This document shows positions 36,938 to 50,780 of a DNA stretch of 64,000 nt, in pieces. The stretch covers positions 14,200,251 through 14,264,250 of the forward strand of contig NC_068983.1 of assembly GCF_001194135.2 (NCBI RefSeq). The letters run 5' to 3'. How positions within the stretch are numbered: position 1 is the first letter of the stretch; every line of letters begins with the position of its first letter. The notes beneath the pieces were generated by a model. The model ran no database searches. It saw only the letters and a list, made by a program, of their open reading frames with translations, and had not been told where the DNA came from. The stretch comes from Octopus bimaculoides (taxonomy: Eukaryota). The translations under genes and the position numbers were made by a program.

Positions 36938-37579
36938 TGAGGGAGATACAGACAGAATAAAATGATAAATAGAATAGATAGGTAGAATGAGAGAGAGTGA
37001 GGGAGAGAGAGAAAGAGTGAAACAGATTAAAATAGAAAGAATGAGAGATAAATAAGAGGAATAAAGAAAAACCTCCCCAATTTGGCATTTATTAGTCTTT
37101 AGACAACGAATGACAATCTGAAGAGTATGACTCACATTCTGTTGGATTTTATACACTGAAGCTATGAAGAGAAACTTCTTTGTAATCGTACGTGTTATGT
37201 CTGTGTGTCATTATATAGAAAGGCCAAGATATTGTAAGGAAGTGAAAGAGAATGATGGAGAAAGATGAGTTAAAAAAGAGAGAGTGAGAGAGTAGGATAG
37301 ATAGATATATATATAGAGAGGGAGAGTGAGAGATACCTAGAGGCTTTCAAATGTTTTGTTTACCATGTGCAAACTAATATTTACGCACATATCCACAGAA
37401 ATACACACGCACACCGTACATAAACAAACGTTTCCTTTCACATGCATATGCGAACACACAAACACGTATGTGTTCAAACAAACAGAGAACCATTATATTG
37501 CAGCTGTACCTTGAAGGATAAAATGCAATACCAATATCCATACATACCTACATACGTGAGTGCAACAACGTGTACATAT

Positions 37580-37641
<62 letters not shown>

Positions 37642-37760
37642 GTATACGTGAGATTATACGCATTTATGTGCATACATGTGTAATTACGTTTATATATGTA
37701 TATGCACATATATAGATATATATTTTTCACGTGTCTATGTATATCTTTATGTATATGTAC

Positions 37761-37809
<49 letters not shown>

Positions 37810-38028
37810 TTGTGTAGGTCTGTATATGAAAGTTTTGTGTACTGTACATGGTCATGTTCTGAGAGATATAGATCGCTGGCGTTGTCATCGTTTCGTGATG
37901 TGAATCCTCTCTAATGAAATGAAAAGTTAGGAGGTCAAGAGGGTAGAACTCTTAATATAAACGCCATCGGGTTCTGAGTGAAAGAACATTTCTTTCAGTA
38001 TTTTTTTTTTCTTCTCTTAACCTCCACC

Positions 38029-38065
<37 letters not shown>

Positions 38066-40289
38066 GCTCTCCCTTTCCTTTTGTCTATTCTCTGCTCATC
38101 TTATCTAGTCACAAAGATATTCATGTAAACACACATGCTTACACAGTACACACACACACACACACACATCTATATATGTCCATATAAATATACACACACA
38201 CATATATACATATATAGGAAGAGATTTATAGTATGATTTGTTGATAAATTGGTACATGGATGGATAGACAGATAACTAGTTATGTCGACAGATAGATAGA
38301 AAGATAGATAGATAGATAGGTAGATAGATAGATAGATTGAAAGATAGATAGATAGATAAGTAATGATTGGATACAATGATGTATTTTTATGTCCACTTTC
38401 TTATATTGAGTGTTTAATCCGTCAGCTCTGTTGTTCAGCAAGGTTTCTATCCATACAGATATTAATAAATTTGCTTCATATGTACCAAATGTGTTAGTCT
38501 GAAGCCATACATGAATAGTTAAACTGTGTTTATCTGACACAAATCTATATATGTAGATGTTGCAAGCGTAGTACAGATAAGAGTTGATCAATCAGTCTGG
38601 CACCGTCTTGGCTAGAGTGTAAATAGACTTAATTGTCATAACTATCAACGCTAACCTTCATTTTTTTCTTCTTCCAGTCGCGTAGATATCATTGTAGATA
38701 ACCATCCTTTGAATCTCAGATACAATTTCTGATACCTGATTAGCGTAGGACATTCATAGTAATCAACTTGATTTTGGAATAAAAGCGCTCTATTGTATTA
38801 TCTACCAAACGAATAGGAAGTCAAACACCCAATCAAATGACTTCCGGTCTGATATCTATCTGTCTGCATACCAAATTACAATGTTGTAGATAAGGATACT
38901 CTGAGCTTGTTGCTGATTTATCCCTTAATTCAGTAGCGATTGGGCAGATAAATAATCGAAAGTGTTCAACCCTAAATAACCTGTGTCTTTTTAGGCACGT
39001 TATTATCGATTGTTCTCAATTACGAAAGATTGTTAGGAGAGATTGGACCCTAATTTGGTTGCTATTTCTAGCTGTCCACATTAAATCTCTCCAGTACGCG
39101 TTGCATCCATTAGTTGTAGTTTGCTTTTGTCTGTTGTTGTTACTGCTATCCAGTTCGATCAGACCTAACATCAAAGCGACAAAAATCAAGCCCTATTGGG
39201 CACTGGGATATCTATTTGGTAAGAAATTCCCTTCAGAGCTGTATAGTTTTGAGTTCGATCTTGGTGCGCAATGCATTATACTATAGCCTCGGTTTGAGCA
39301 ATAACTTGTGAATGGTAGTGGGTAACTGCGTAAAAATCTGTTGGTGTATATGTATGTATGCATGTATGTATGTATGCGTATATACACATCACGTATATAT
39401 ATATATATATATNNNNNNNNNNNNNNNNNNNNNNNNNNNNNNNNNNNNNNNNNNNNNNNNNNNNNNNNNNNNNNNNNNNNNNNNNNNNNNNNNNNNNNNN
39501 NNNNNNNNNNNNNNNNNNNNNNNNNNNNNNNNNNNNNNNNNNNNNNNNNNNNNNNNNNNNNNNNNNNNNNNNNNNNNNNNNNNNNNNNNNNNNNNNNNNN
39601 NNNNNNNNNNNNNNNNNNNNNNNNNNNNNNNNNNNNNNNNNNNNNNNNNNNNNNNNNNNNNNNNNNNNNNNNNNNNNNNNNNNNNNNNNNNNNNNNNNNN
39701 NNNNNNNNNNNNNNNNNNNNNNNNNNNNNNNNNNNNNNNNNNNNNNNNNNNNNNNNNNNNNNNNNNNNNNNNNNNNNNNNNNNNNNNNNNNNNNNNNNNN
39801 NNNNNNNNNNNNNNNNNNNNNNNNNNNNNNNNNNNNNNNNNNNNNNNNNNNNNNNNNNNNNNNNNNNNNNNNNNNNNNNNNNNNNNNNNNNNTATATAGG
39901 TTATGAGCGATAGTGGTGTCAGATAGACCCAGAGGTTTCAGGTAATGCTGAGTAAGTGCTATGGATAGACCACAGTTAAGCTCTAGGTTCGGTGATTGTG
40001 CGAATAAGGGGTCCAACGTAGGTCATATATCAACGTGTGAATATAAGGATTTACTTTTCGTAATGAGATAAAAAAAAACAAGGCTGTGTATAATATAGAA
40101 CATTTATAAATAGAATGTCTTACAGCTTTTTCCAGGATATTTGTTATATCCCTTCATCGGAGACGGTGTGAGAGGATGGTTAAGCAATAGTTAGTTTAAT
40201 TAGGACCACCAACTGGCCATTCAATATTTTACACATAGTCCATCAAATTGACATTATCTGTACATGTGCACCACATGTCAGATGACAAA

Positions 40290-40380
40290 ATGATCACAGA
40301 GCAACGTGAGATGCAGTGTTTTGTTCAAGAACACAACGCTATGCCCAGTATGGGAATCGAAATCACGTTCTCGCAATCGC
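40290..40380 (-). mobile_element. SINE family C fragment
   Basis: gagcaacgtgagatgcagtgttttgttcaagaacacaac...ggaatcgaaatcacg. Confidence 0.55.
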
Positions 40381-40678
40381 GCGCGTGTGTTTATGTACAC
40401 CAAATCCTTATAATTCTTACTCCTTTCATCACCCCCATTATCAGAAATTCATACCACACCTGATTCCATATTTCGTCCTGTTTTAAGAATTAAAGTGGGC
40501 AACGTTGTTAAATCCCATATTCCTCGATGGTATAATTCATTTCCTTCAAACCACAGTCATAAACTCGTTCTATTGAAAGATTTCCAATACTTATTTACAC
40601 CTAGAGGCCACAGTTAAAATACTTTTGAAATTATAGTTTGCAAATTTCTTTTCACAGACATATTCGGATTCAGCCTAC

Positions 40679-40785
40679 CTGAATGGCACCAGAAAACACG
40701 TTATATATCATAAAATACGTATCAGGAAATGCTTTCTCCAACAATAAGTTTATTGTATTATTATTATTTAGTCTTAATTTTACAA
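40679..40785 (-). other. Candidate first exon, minus strand (possible ATG 40711, MIYNVFSGAIQ, phase-0 donor)
   Basis: CAG|GTAGGC donor at 40679/40678; start position guessed; no downstream exon identified. Confidence 0.25.
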
Positions 40786-40789
40786 CTTG

Positions 40790-40810
40790 CCGGAAGTGAG
40801 TCACTTCCGG
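40790..40810. promoter_or_regulatory. Palindromic ETS-AP1-ETS element; candidate bidirectional core promoter
   Basis: CCGGAAGT-GAGTC-ACTTCCGG with TGAGTCA at 40797-40803; another ACTTCCTG at ~40905; donor-like sites diverge on both strands. Confidence 0.55.
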
Positions 40811-40950
40811 TTTGTATCTGGGATCGAGGTTGTTTTCGTTTTCGGACAGGCTGGTGGTGTCTTTTGTGTTCATCTATATCTCCGAATGTTTTCTTCTTTT
40901 AGTTACTTCCTGTTACTATGAACGTGACTGTACCAGTGTGACCAAATTTT
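40811..40950 (+). other. Candidate non-coding first exon, plus strand
   Basis: Follows the ETS palindrome; ends at TT|GTAAGA donor (40951); no downstream exon identified. Confidence 0.25.
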
Positions 40951-41699
40951 GTAAGATAATTTAAATATATTTAGTTGTTTTCTTATGTTAACCTGAGATA
41001 CATACTTATAATGTTGTGTAGATAATTGTATATCCATGGGTGAAAGTGTTTCAGTATATTCAACATTTTCCCTCCTTTAGCACTTTTCACTCTTGTGTAT
41101 TAGTCATGATAAATATGCTGAATGTATTTATTTTGTAGTCAAGCTTTGTTGCAAGAAAATTCTATATCAGGAAATCAAATATAAGTAAAAACCTCTTCAA
41201 ATAATTTTGTATTTAAGTTTATCTTATTTTTGTATTTTCTTGTTTTGTAGTCTACCGTACGCTTGCCGTACACTTGTATGTACACGCACTACACGTGCAC
41301 ATTGTAACGTATGAGTAGAAAATAAATAGCTCCAAAGTTTAAACAATTGGTCGTTTTTGCTATTGCAGTGGTGATTGTGACCCGGCTCGCCTAGATTATT
41401 ACACGGAGCAGCAATAGGAAATATGATCTATTACTCGAATTAAATGTTATATAATCCAACGTATAGTTTTCTATTAACCTTTGCTATTACAAATTAGACT
41501 AGACTTCTTCATCTAAACTCTAGTAAACAAAATGTAGCTTTAAACTAGGTACCCAAGCATTCACTTTTGGATTTATTAATTAGAATTAATTAGAATTGCT
41601 CTCATGTTCATATACCTGGAAACTTCCAAGTAACTCTCCTACGTTTTGTTTTAAATGCACCAATGATTTTATTCTACACATATAGATACATACTTGCAC

Positions 41700-41742
<43 letters not shown>

Positions 41743-41771
41743 CAGGTACACACATATAACTGGTATAAACT

Positions 41772-41947
41772 CTTTGTTTCAGTCATTTGACTGCGGCCAT
41801 GCTGGATCACCGCCTTTAGTCGAGCAAATCGACCCCAGGACTTATTCTTTGTAAGTCTAGTACTTATTCTATCAGTCTCTTTTTGCCGAACCGCTAAGTT
41901 ACGGGGACGTAAACTCACCAGCATCGGTTGTCAAGCGATGTTGGGAG

Positions 41948-42019
<72 letters not shown>

Positions 42020-42191
42020 CATATATACGACGGGCTTTTTTCAGTTTCCGTCTACCAAATCCACTCACAAGGCTTTGGTCGGCCCGAGGCCATAGTAGAA
42101 GACACTTGCCCAAGGTGCCACGCAGTGGGACTGAACCCAGAACCATGTGGTTGGTAAGCAAGCTACTTACCACACAACCACTCCTGCGCCT
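41772..42191 (-). mobile_element. SINE family B, well-conserved copy
   Basis: aggcgcaggagtggttgtgtggtaagtagcttgcttaccaaccacatggttctgggttcagtccc...; internal (TA)n(TG)n. Confidence 0.9.
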
Positions 42192-42859
42192 ATATATATA
42201 TATATATATATATATGCTGTGTTTAGCAGAAACTCTGTACGAAACTGAATAAAATCAGTATCATATTAAAAAGAAACCCACAAATTTATTAACCGCTACT
42301 ATGTTTAAACAAGCTTGCTTACATTTTATTTTATTTCCCTGATTCTGCACTTATCTTCTACACTCTTATTTTCCCTTACCACTTCATTAAGTTCCCTTCA
42401 CATAGCTACCCTCTTTGGTCGTCCAATTAGATATTTTGTAAAATATTGATTACTGGTACTATAATCTCTTTTTCAGGTCGTCTAGTAAAACATTTTATGC
42501 AATATTGACACTTTTTATTCTTTTAACGTAATTTAATATACGTTTACTAAAATAATTATTTAAAGAATTTACATCTGTACACTTAACGACATAGGGAGAA
42601 AACAATAAAAGGTAAGCAAAACCATACAAAAATAAAACGACTGAAATACATTTCCGTTTCGCTCACTTCAGCATCACCCATACATAGATGTTCTTTCATT
42701 ATGACTTCTATGTCACCTTTATTTTAAATATAATCATTCTCAATACATTGCCATCTTTAATTGCCTTTGAGACACCCTACTGACTTGTCATAATTTGCAC
42801 ATTTCAATCAATCATGCAAACCGTTACACCGTTTTTGTTTTCAAAGAGGTCTCTCCTCT

Positions 42860-43215
42860 TTTACTTGATTCAGTCATTGAATCGCGGCCATGTCGGAGCA
42901 TTGCTTTGAAAGAGTTTTGTCGAACAAACCGATCCCAATACTTACTTTTTTTTAAAATTTAAAGTTTCATACTGTTTTCAATTGGTTGTTGGGCATTGGA
43001 AAGTGAGTGACAAGCACTAACACAAACACACGCTCCCCAACGATTCACATCCACTTACATACATATCTATATACGACGGACTTCCGCACGGTTTCCATAT
43101 GCTAAATTCGCTCACAATGTATTGATCAGCTCGAAGCTTCAGTAGAAGATACTTGTTCAAGCAATCGTGCAGTACAACTGCCGAAACTTCGTGGTTGCAA
43201 AGCAATCATCTTAGC
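42860..43215 (-). mobile_element. SINE family B, degenerate
   Basis: cagtcattgaatcgcggccatg...atacgacggacttcc...cttcgtggttgcaaagc. Confidence 0.6.
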
Positions 43216-43705
43216 TACAGGCCCAAACCTGCTCCTCAAAAAAATTTAAACTAAAAAGTTTTATTACAAGTTATTACTTCTATTTATTATTACTGGTTAC
43301 TTCTATTAAAAATAGTAAACATAACTAAAAACATTTTTTGGACTTTAAAAAAATTAATTTTTTAAATTATTAATTAATTAATTAGAAATTTGAAATTGCG
43401 TTATAAAATTGATAGTAGTACACAATTAGCACAATAAATAGAATGATGCAAAAATTAGTTATAGGTAGATTTTACTGTAATATATAACAACAAATTCACA
43501 GTAAAATTTGCTTGATTTGTTGCTTAAATTATCATCATCATCATCATGACCTTTGTCAATGTATAGTTTGGTACAACTCGTCATAGATTGACAAATGAAA
43601 CACCTTTCGTTATTTAGTTACGGCCTTTTAAGTTCAAATTTGATTTTAAATCCCGATAAATTAAAGCCATGCAAGTTCTGGCAAGTATTGGATTCTCTCT
43701 CTGTG

Positions 43706-43744
<39 letters not shown>

Positions 43745-44149
43745 NNNNNNNNNNNNNNNNNNNNNNNNNNNNNNNNNNNNNNNNNNNNNNNNNNNNNNNN
43801 NNNNNNNNNNNNNNNNNNNNNNNNNNNNNNNNNNNNNNNNNNNNNNNNNNNNNNNNNNNNNNNNNNNNNNNNNNNNNNNNNNNNNNNNNNNNNNNNNNNN
43901 NNNNNNNNNNNNNNNNNNNNNNNNNNNNNNNNNNNNNNNNNNNNNNNNNNNNNNNNNNNNNNNNNNNNNNNNNNNNNNNNNNNNNNNNNNNTGACGACGC
44001 AATTCTTGTTCACCTGTTATTCAATAAATTAATATTAAATCTGCATTCGCCTTTTTATTCTTAAGAACATGTATAATAGATATCAAAAACTGGTTATTAA
44101 TACTGCTTATTATTTTTGAAATGCCGCCGCCTTTACGAAAATAATATAT

Positions 44150-44800
44150 CTGTTCCACTCTAGGCACAGAGCCCGAAATTTTGGGGGAGGTGGCCAGTCG
44201 ATTAGATCGACCCCAGTAAATAACTGGTAATTTATCGACCCTGAAAGGATAGGTCAACCTCGGCGGAATTTGAACTCAGAACGTAAAGACAGACGAAATA
44301 CTGCTAAGCATTTCACCGGCGTGCAAACGATCCTGCCAGCACGTTGCTTTGAACTGGTAATTAATATTGGCTTAAGATTTTGGCACAAGGCCAGTAATTC
44401 CGGGTGAGGGGTAAGTCGATAAGATCTACCTCAGCGTTCAACCGGTGCTTATTTCATCGACCCAGAAAGAACGAAAGACACATTTTGAACGTGGAGACGG
44501 ACGAAATGCCGCAAAGCATTTCGCCCGGAGTGCTTATGGTTCTGCAAACTCGCTGCCTTCAACTCGTTGCTAATATTACCAAACCTTTAAGGTTGCGACT
44601 GGCGGAATCGTTAGCAGGCCGGCCAAAAGGCTTAGTGAGGTTTCGTCCGTCTGTGCAATCTGAGTTCAAAAGCCACAAGGGTCGTCTTTACCTTTCATCT
44701 TTTCGTGGTCGATAAAATAAGTACGTGTTGAACACTGGGAACTCCCTCCGTCCTCCCTCACCCGAATTTGGTAGCCTTGTGCTAAAATTTGAAACCAATA
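44150..44800. mobile_element. Cluster of three SINE family A copies (two minus, one plus)
   Basis: ~44150-44345 (-), ~44380-44560 (-), ~44592-44800 (+). Confidence 0.7.
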
Positions 44801-45148
44801 TTGCTATACCTGTGCGAAATCAAAATATATACGTATAAAAGAATATATGAATATATTTAAATATGTGTGCACATACATACACATATATATATATATATAT
44901 ACACATGCGTGGTGTGTTTGAATGTGTATTGTACGTATATATAAAACATTCACACACATATGTACGAAAGTTTTTGCATCATAGTATACAGAAGTCGTAA
45001 ATAATACACTCGTAGTTATTTATCTTTTCCAGTATCTCCCTGCGTATTCCAGTATCCCTTTCATCTTTACAAATTTTATGCCATATGTAATATACAGAGG
45101 TCAATTAAAAGATTATGCGCCAGTTTCCTCATTAAATGGGAGATTTGA

Positions 45149-45187
<39 letters not shown>

Positions 45188-45526
45188 NNNNNNNNNNNNN
45201 NNNNNNNNNNNNNNNNNNNNNNNNNNNNNNNNNNNNNNNNNNNNNNNNNNNNNNNNNNNNNNNNNNNNNNNNNNNNNNNNNNNNNNNNNNNNNNNNNNNN
45301 NNNNNNNNNNNNNNNNNNNNNNNNNNNNNNNNNNNNNNNNNNNNNNNNNNNNNNNNNNNNNNNNNNNNNNNNNNNNNNNNNNNNNNNNNNNNNNNNNNNN
45401 NNNNNNNNNNNNNNNNNNNNNNNNNNNNNNNNNNNNNNNNNNNNNNNNNNNNNNNNNNNNNNNNNNNNNNNNNNNNNNNNNNNNNNNNNNNNNNNNNNNN
45501 NNNNNNNNNNNNATATATATATATAT

Positions 45527-45563
<37 letters not shown>

Positions 45564-46284
45564 TATATATATGTGTGTGCGTGCGTGTATGGCTTGTAAG
45601 ATATACATATGTACATTTATACATAAATATATATGTGCATATTTATACCTATATACTTGTGTATATTCAGCTATTCAAGTTTGCAGATCTAACTATCTAT
45701 CGATATACATGCGCGCGCACGCACATACATGTGTGTATGTATGCTTACACGCGCACATAATATGTGACGCTATTCCCTTGATGAAAGTCGCAGTGATGTA
45801 AAGAAATAAATTTTATTATTCAATTAGAGAGACTCTTATATATAAGTTTATATTATTTCAGCCATTTAAAATATAATCAACATTAGTTCTGTACTTTCTG
45901 ATTGTTATTGTATAGACAGCCAAGAATAATTAACTTAAAATTCATTCTAATCTAATTCTATGTCCTTTTGAAGTGAAGCCATATTTTCACTTCGTAATGT
46001 CCACGTTTGCTATTAAAGCAAGATCTGACATACAAGATTTATTTATGCATACTTTTACATGCTTAGAGGTTATTTTGTAATTAATCAATGCAACGCAGCT
46101 GAAGTGTCATAACAGATATCCTGAAATTTTACTAGTTCGTTGTCAGAGAGAGACGAGAATCATCATATTTTGAACATATTCCTTATATATATATATATAA
46201 TATTATTGTATGATCGAACGCCATGCATCCGTTTCCAAGTAAGTTTTATCTTAATACATACGTACGTGCATATATGTACATATG

Positions 46285-46479
46285 TACGAGGGGGAGCTGA
46301 AATGTTCTTGGCTTTAAATGTATCGCGAAAGGCCTGGTAGGAAGCCCAAATTCCGAGTTCTTTTACAGGTCAATAAGGTTGTGAATCTGAGACGAGAATA
46401 TGCTGAATAAAATCATAGTTAACTGATCCTTCGGTATTTTCTTTTACCCAAAGCCAGGAACTTTTCAGGAACCCTCGTA
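46285..46479. mobile_element. Tc1/mariner-type MITE, copy 2, TA at both ends
   Basis: TA-cgagggggagctgaaatgttcttggcttt ... aaagccaggaacttttcaggaaccctcg-TA. Confidence 0.8.
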
Positions 46480-46560
46480 TATATAATTTGGTAGGGGCAT
46501 TGAAATACTAATAACTTGGTATAGAACTAAATATATATATATGTATATATATATATATAT

Positions 46561-47230
46561 NNNNNNNNNNNNNNNNNNNNNNNNNNNNNNNNNNNNNNNN
46601 NNNNNNNNNNNNNNNNNNNNNNNNNNNNNNNNNNNNNNNNNNNNNNNNNNNNNNNNNNNNNNNNNNNNNNNNNNNNNNNNNNNNNNNNNNNNNNNNNNNN
46701 NNNNNNNNNNNNNNNNNNNNNNNNNNNNNNNNNNNNNNNNNNNNNNNNNNNNNNNNNNNNNNNNNNNNNNNNNNNNNNNNNNNNNNNNNNNNNNNNNNNN
46801 NNNNNNNNNNNNNNNNNNNNNNNNNNNNNNNNNNNNNNNNNNNNNNNNNNNNNNNNNNNNNNNNNNNNNNNNNNNNNNNNNNNNNNNNNNNNNNNNNNNN
46901 NNNNNNNNNNNNNNNNNNNNNNNNNNNNNNNNNNNNNNNNNNNNNNNNNNNNNNNNNNNNNNNNNNNNNNNNNNNNNNNNNNNNNNNNNNNNNNNNNNNN
47001 NNNNNNNNNNNNNNNNNNNNNNNNNNNNNNNNNNNNNNNNNNNNNNNNNNNNNNNNNNNNNNNNNNNNNNNNNNNNNNNNNNNNNNNNNNNNNNNNNNNN
47101 NNNNNNNNNNNNNNNNNNNNNNNNNNNNNNNNNNNNNNNNNNNNNNNNNNNNNNNNNNNNNNNNNNNNNNNNNNNNNNNNNNNNNNNNNNNNNNNNNNNN
47201 NNNNNNNNNNNNNNNNNNNNNNNNNNNNNN
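46561..47230. other. Largest of 14 assembly gaps (others: 3822-4018, 6074-6500, 8405-8591, 9833-10072, 15289-15298, 16026-16035, 20880-20924, 30562-30571, 32963-33171, 39413-39891, 43745-43991, 45188-45512, 49515-49634)
   Basis: N runs, nearly all flanked by dinucleotide microsatellites. Confidence 0.97.
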
Positions 47231-47676
47231 TATATATATATATATATGCATATTATGAAGCTTAGGTACATAGACATTTAATCCTGTACTTCCTTCATTA
47301 ATCATCTCCAGTTAACACATTTTAAAACACTGAGTGTGATTGAACCTAGTATTTTAACTCAAGAGATGATTACATTCTAAATACCATATTCTACGTATAT
47401 TTCAACATTAGTTCTCGCCGTTATCAATATAGAATGTTGATTCGAACCTGAAACAGTTCCAAACAATTTAACTACGTCTTGTGCATGCCTGGAAGGCTTT
47501 TATTTTATTGTAATTCATCTCTGTTGGGAATTGCGCAATTTATGCATTGTCAATTTTAATGGCAATACAGATTGAATAGCTGTCCATAGCGAATATATGT
47601 ATACAAACGTCAACATATGTATGTAAACACGTATGTATAAATATGTATGTATATGTGTATACGTATATAGGCTTAC

Positions 47677-47744
<68 letters not shown>

Positions 47745-48190
47745 GTCTATTATTTATAAGCATAGAGGTACACACATACATATATACGTGTGTGTGTCTA
47801 CGTATACAGATGCTTACACATAGATATATATTCAACCATATATATACACAAACACACACTCACGCACAATTCAATACACAAATATTCCCCAAGGTGTTGG
47901 GATTTGGCCAATGCAAGAAATATTTTGGCGATCGGCTCAATTATATAAAAGTATTTCCGAGGAGTTCAATTAGGTAGTTGCAACTTGTATGTAACCTGTT
48001 TTTATAATGTCTTAGTCGGTATAAATGTTTCCTGTTGTTCTGATTATACAAGGAGAAATGTCATTAGAGAAAGTCAAATGAGATAATAAATAGTTTCGAC
48101 AGAATGCGTGTATAGGTAGCCAAAAATCTATGTAATTCTATAACACACTTATATGAAAATGATTGCATCTGTGTACGTTTATATATGTAT

Positions 48191-48223
<33 letters not shown>

Positions 48224-48228
48224 TATAT

Positions 48229-48274
<46 letters not shown>

Positions 48275-48406
48275 ACATATTTATTTATTCAGTATTCCTG
48301 TTCAGTACATTCTCACTCATTCTCTTTGTCTCAACATATACAAGTATATGTGTTTATCTTTCTCTATAAATTTTATATAAACACACACACACACACCCAC
48401 ATACAC

Positions 48407-48452
<46 letters not shown>

Positions 48453-48515
48453 GACATATATATGTATACAAATATAAACGCACACATTGACATACTTGTA
48501 TGTATATACGCAGAC

Positions 48516-48556
<41 letters not shown>

Positions 48557-48633
48557 ATATATATATGTGTGTATGTGTGTATGTCTATATGTGTGTGTGT
48601 GTATATATATGTGAGTGTATATATATATATATA

Positions 48634-48712
<79 letters not shown>

Positions 48713-48716
48713 GGAT

Positions 48717-48755
<39 letters not shown>

Positions 48756-49423
48756 TAGAAAGAGAGAGAGAGAGATAGAGTGTATGTGTGTGTGTGTATA
48801 GTTATTTACGATGTATATAGCAATGAAATATAGATTCATTAGTGTATTCATTCAGAACCACCAATATCATTTTAGCAGTAAGGCCATAAACTTTTGTTAT
48901 CATTACAGCAACAGACGAATAAAAACGTTATCATTGTAGCGGCTGCGAATGTTCGGTTAAACTAGATATTAACTAAATTATCAGAAAATATCTATCAAAT
49001 TATATGTTCACAGAGTATGTTATGTGGTCACATTTTTGTAATATATACCAACTTAATATTATGTAGTATTTTAATATGATATTCTGGAAGACACTGACCC
49101 AGTTTGTAGTTTAGTCTTATTTTTCGTATTATATGCTGTCTATTTGATTCTAAAATGTGTATATTTTTATCGTTCAGGAAGATGTGTATAGCAGTCTGTA
49201 AGTTTAGTTAGCTCTAGGTGAAACAAATAATTATGTCTGAAATTCCAGATCAGAGTGGGTTTTCTATGAAAAGGTTTCCGAGCACGAAAGAAATAACTGA
49301 TGGGAATGCAAAACGCAATGTGAAGGTTAAATGCTAATACGTCTCTACCTTTTAAATTCATGCTGCCATTATCTCGTTTCTACTGGCTATAACTTGACCA
49401 TTTCACTTTCTAAAACCATAATA

Positions 49424-49514
<91 letters not shown>

Positions 49515-49743
49515 NNNNNNNNNNNNNNNNNNNNNNNNNNNNNNNNNNNNNNNNNNNNNNNNNNNNNNNNNNNNNNNNNNNNNNNNNNNNNNNNNNNNNN
49601 NNNNNNNNNNNNNNNNNNNNNNNNNNNNNNNNNNCTTGGGGATGGTCATATTGCCAGTTTTGCCAATAAAAACACACGCACTGTATATTTGGTGTTAATT
49701 TGCTTCAGCTTTATATTACATTATATTACATTAATCCTATTTC

Positions 49744-49788
49744 GGCCAGAGTTCTTTCGTCACACTTCTGTGACCTCATCAGTGGTCC
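49744..49788 (-). ncRNA. Minimal type-I hammerhead ribozyme
   Basis: ggacca CTGATGA g gtcac agaagt gtgac GAAAG AA CTC | tggcc: canonical core, 5-bp stem II, CUC triplet, stem I with one mismatch. Confidence 0.7.
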
Positions 49789-49829
49789 TTTGCTTTCTTC
49801 TTTCTTCTGTGTGTGTCACCTTGCTAACT

Positions 49830-49921
49830 ATCAGCTGAGTAGACTGGAGCAGCGTGAAATAAAGTGTCTTGCTCAAGGACAAAACGCGTCACCGAGAATT
49901 GAACTCACGACCTTACGATCG
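49830..49921 (-). mobile_element. SINE family C head/core, 5'-truncated
   Basis: cgatcgtaaggtcgtgagttcaattctcgg...ccttgagcaagacactttatttcacgctgctccagtc. Confidence 0.7.
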
Positions 49922-50624
49922 TACTTTTTTTTTTACATATGCATTGTTGCATTTCGTTACCATCTTTGCCGATCCAGAAACTGACGAGTTTCTTCGAATA
50001 TCGTACTGATACATGTATGCATGCATAAATACATACATACATACATGCATGCGTACATATATATATACATACACATTCACACACTCAGTATATATGTATG
50101 TAGAGAGTGAGAGAGGGAGAGTGTATAACCAAGAAACACGCAAAAATTATATTAACTTTCTGTACATTCTCTGATTATACAGTATAGGTCAAGACTCGTG
50201 GCACCTCTTGAATACCTTTGATGCTATCACTGTTACAAAATGTGAAAGCCTTTGATAGGTAAAGTGTGAGACAGAAAATAAAAAACATTGCTTGAAGGAA
50301 CAGGCAATTGGCGTTTTAATTGTCACAATATGGCAAGTACTCTGAAAAGTGAGGGGGATTATAAGAGTGATCAAATAGAGGCATCAGTATCGAATATTAG
50401 GTAAAGTATTTGGCGAATCATAACTGAAGAATTTGAGGAATGAGGGAAGAGGATGATTAACTTGACAGATGAAGAGAGTAGGCAAGTCTGAGTTTAAACT
50501 CAGAGCACTAACTCACAGTGCATATCTGGTAATACTTTGCAGCGCTCATCTACACTTAATTATAAGTCGTATCTAATTATCATATTGTCATATATGTATA
50601 TATATATGGATATATTATTTTATA

Positions 50625-50780
50625 GTTTCAGTCATTTGGTTGCAGCAATGCTGGAGTTCCATCTTACAGGGTTTTTTTCAGTCGACCCCAGGACTTATTC
50701 TTTGTAAGCCTAGCACTTATTTTATTGGTCTCTTTTGCCGAACCGCTAATTTACGGGGATGCAATCACACCAACATCAGA
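50625..50780 (-). mobile_element. SINE family B, 3' part
   Basis: gtttcagtcatt...gtcgaccccaggacttattctttgtaagcctag...ccgaaccgctaatttacgggga. Confidence 0.7.
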
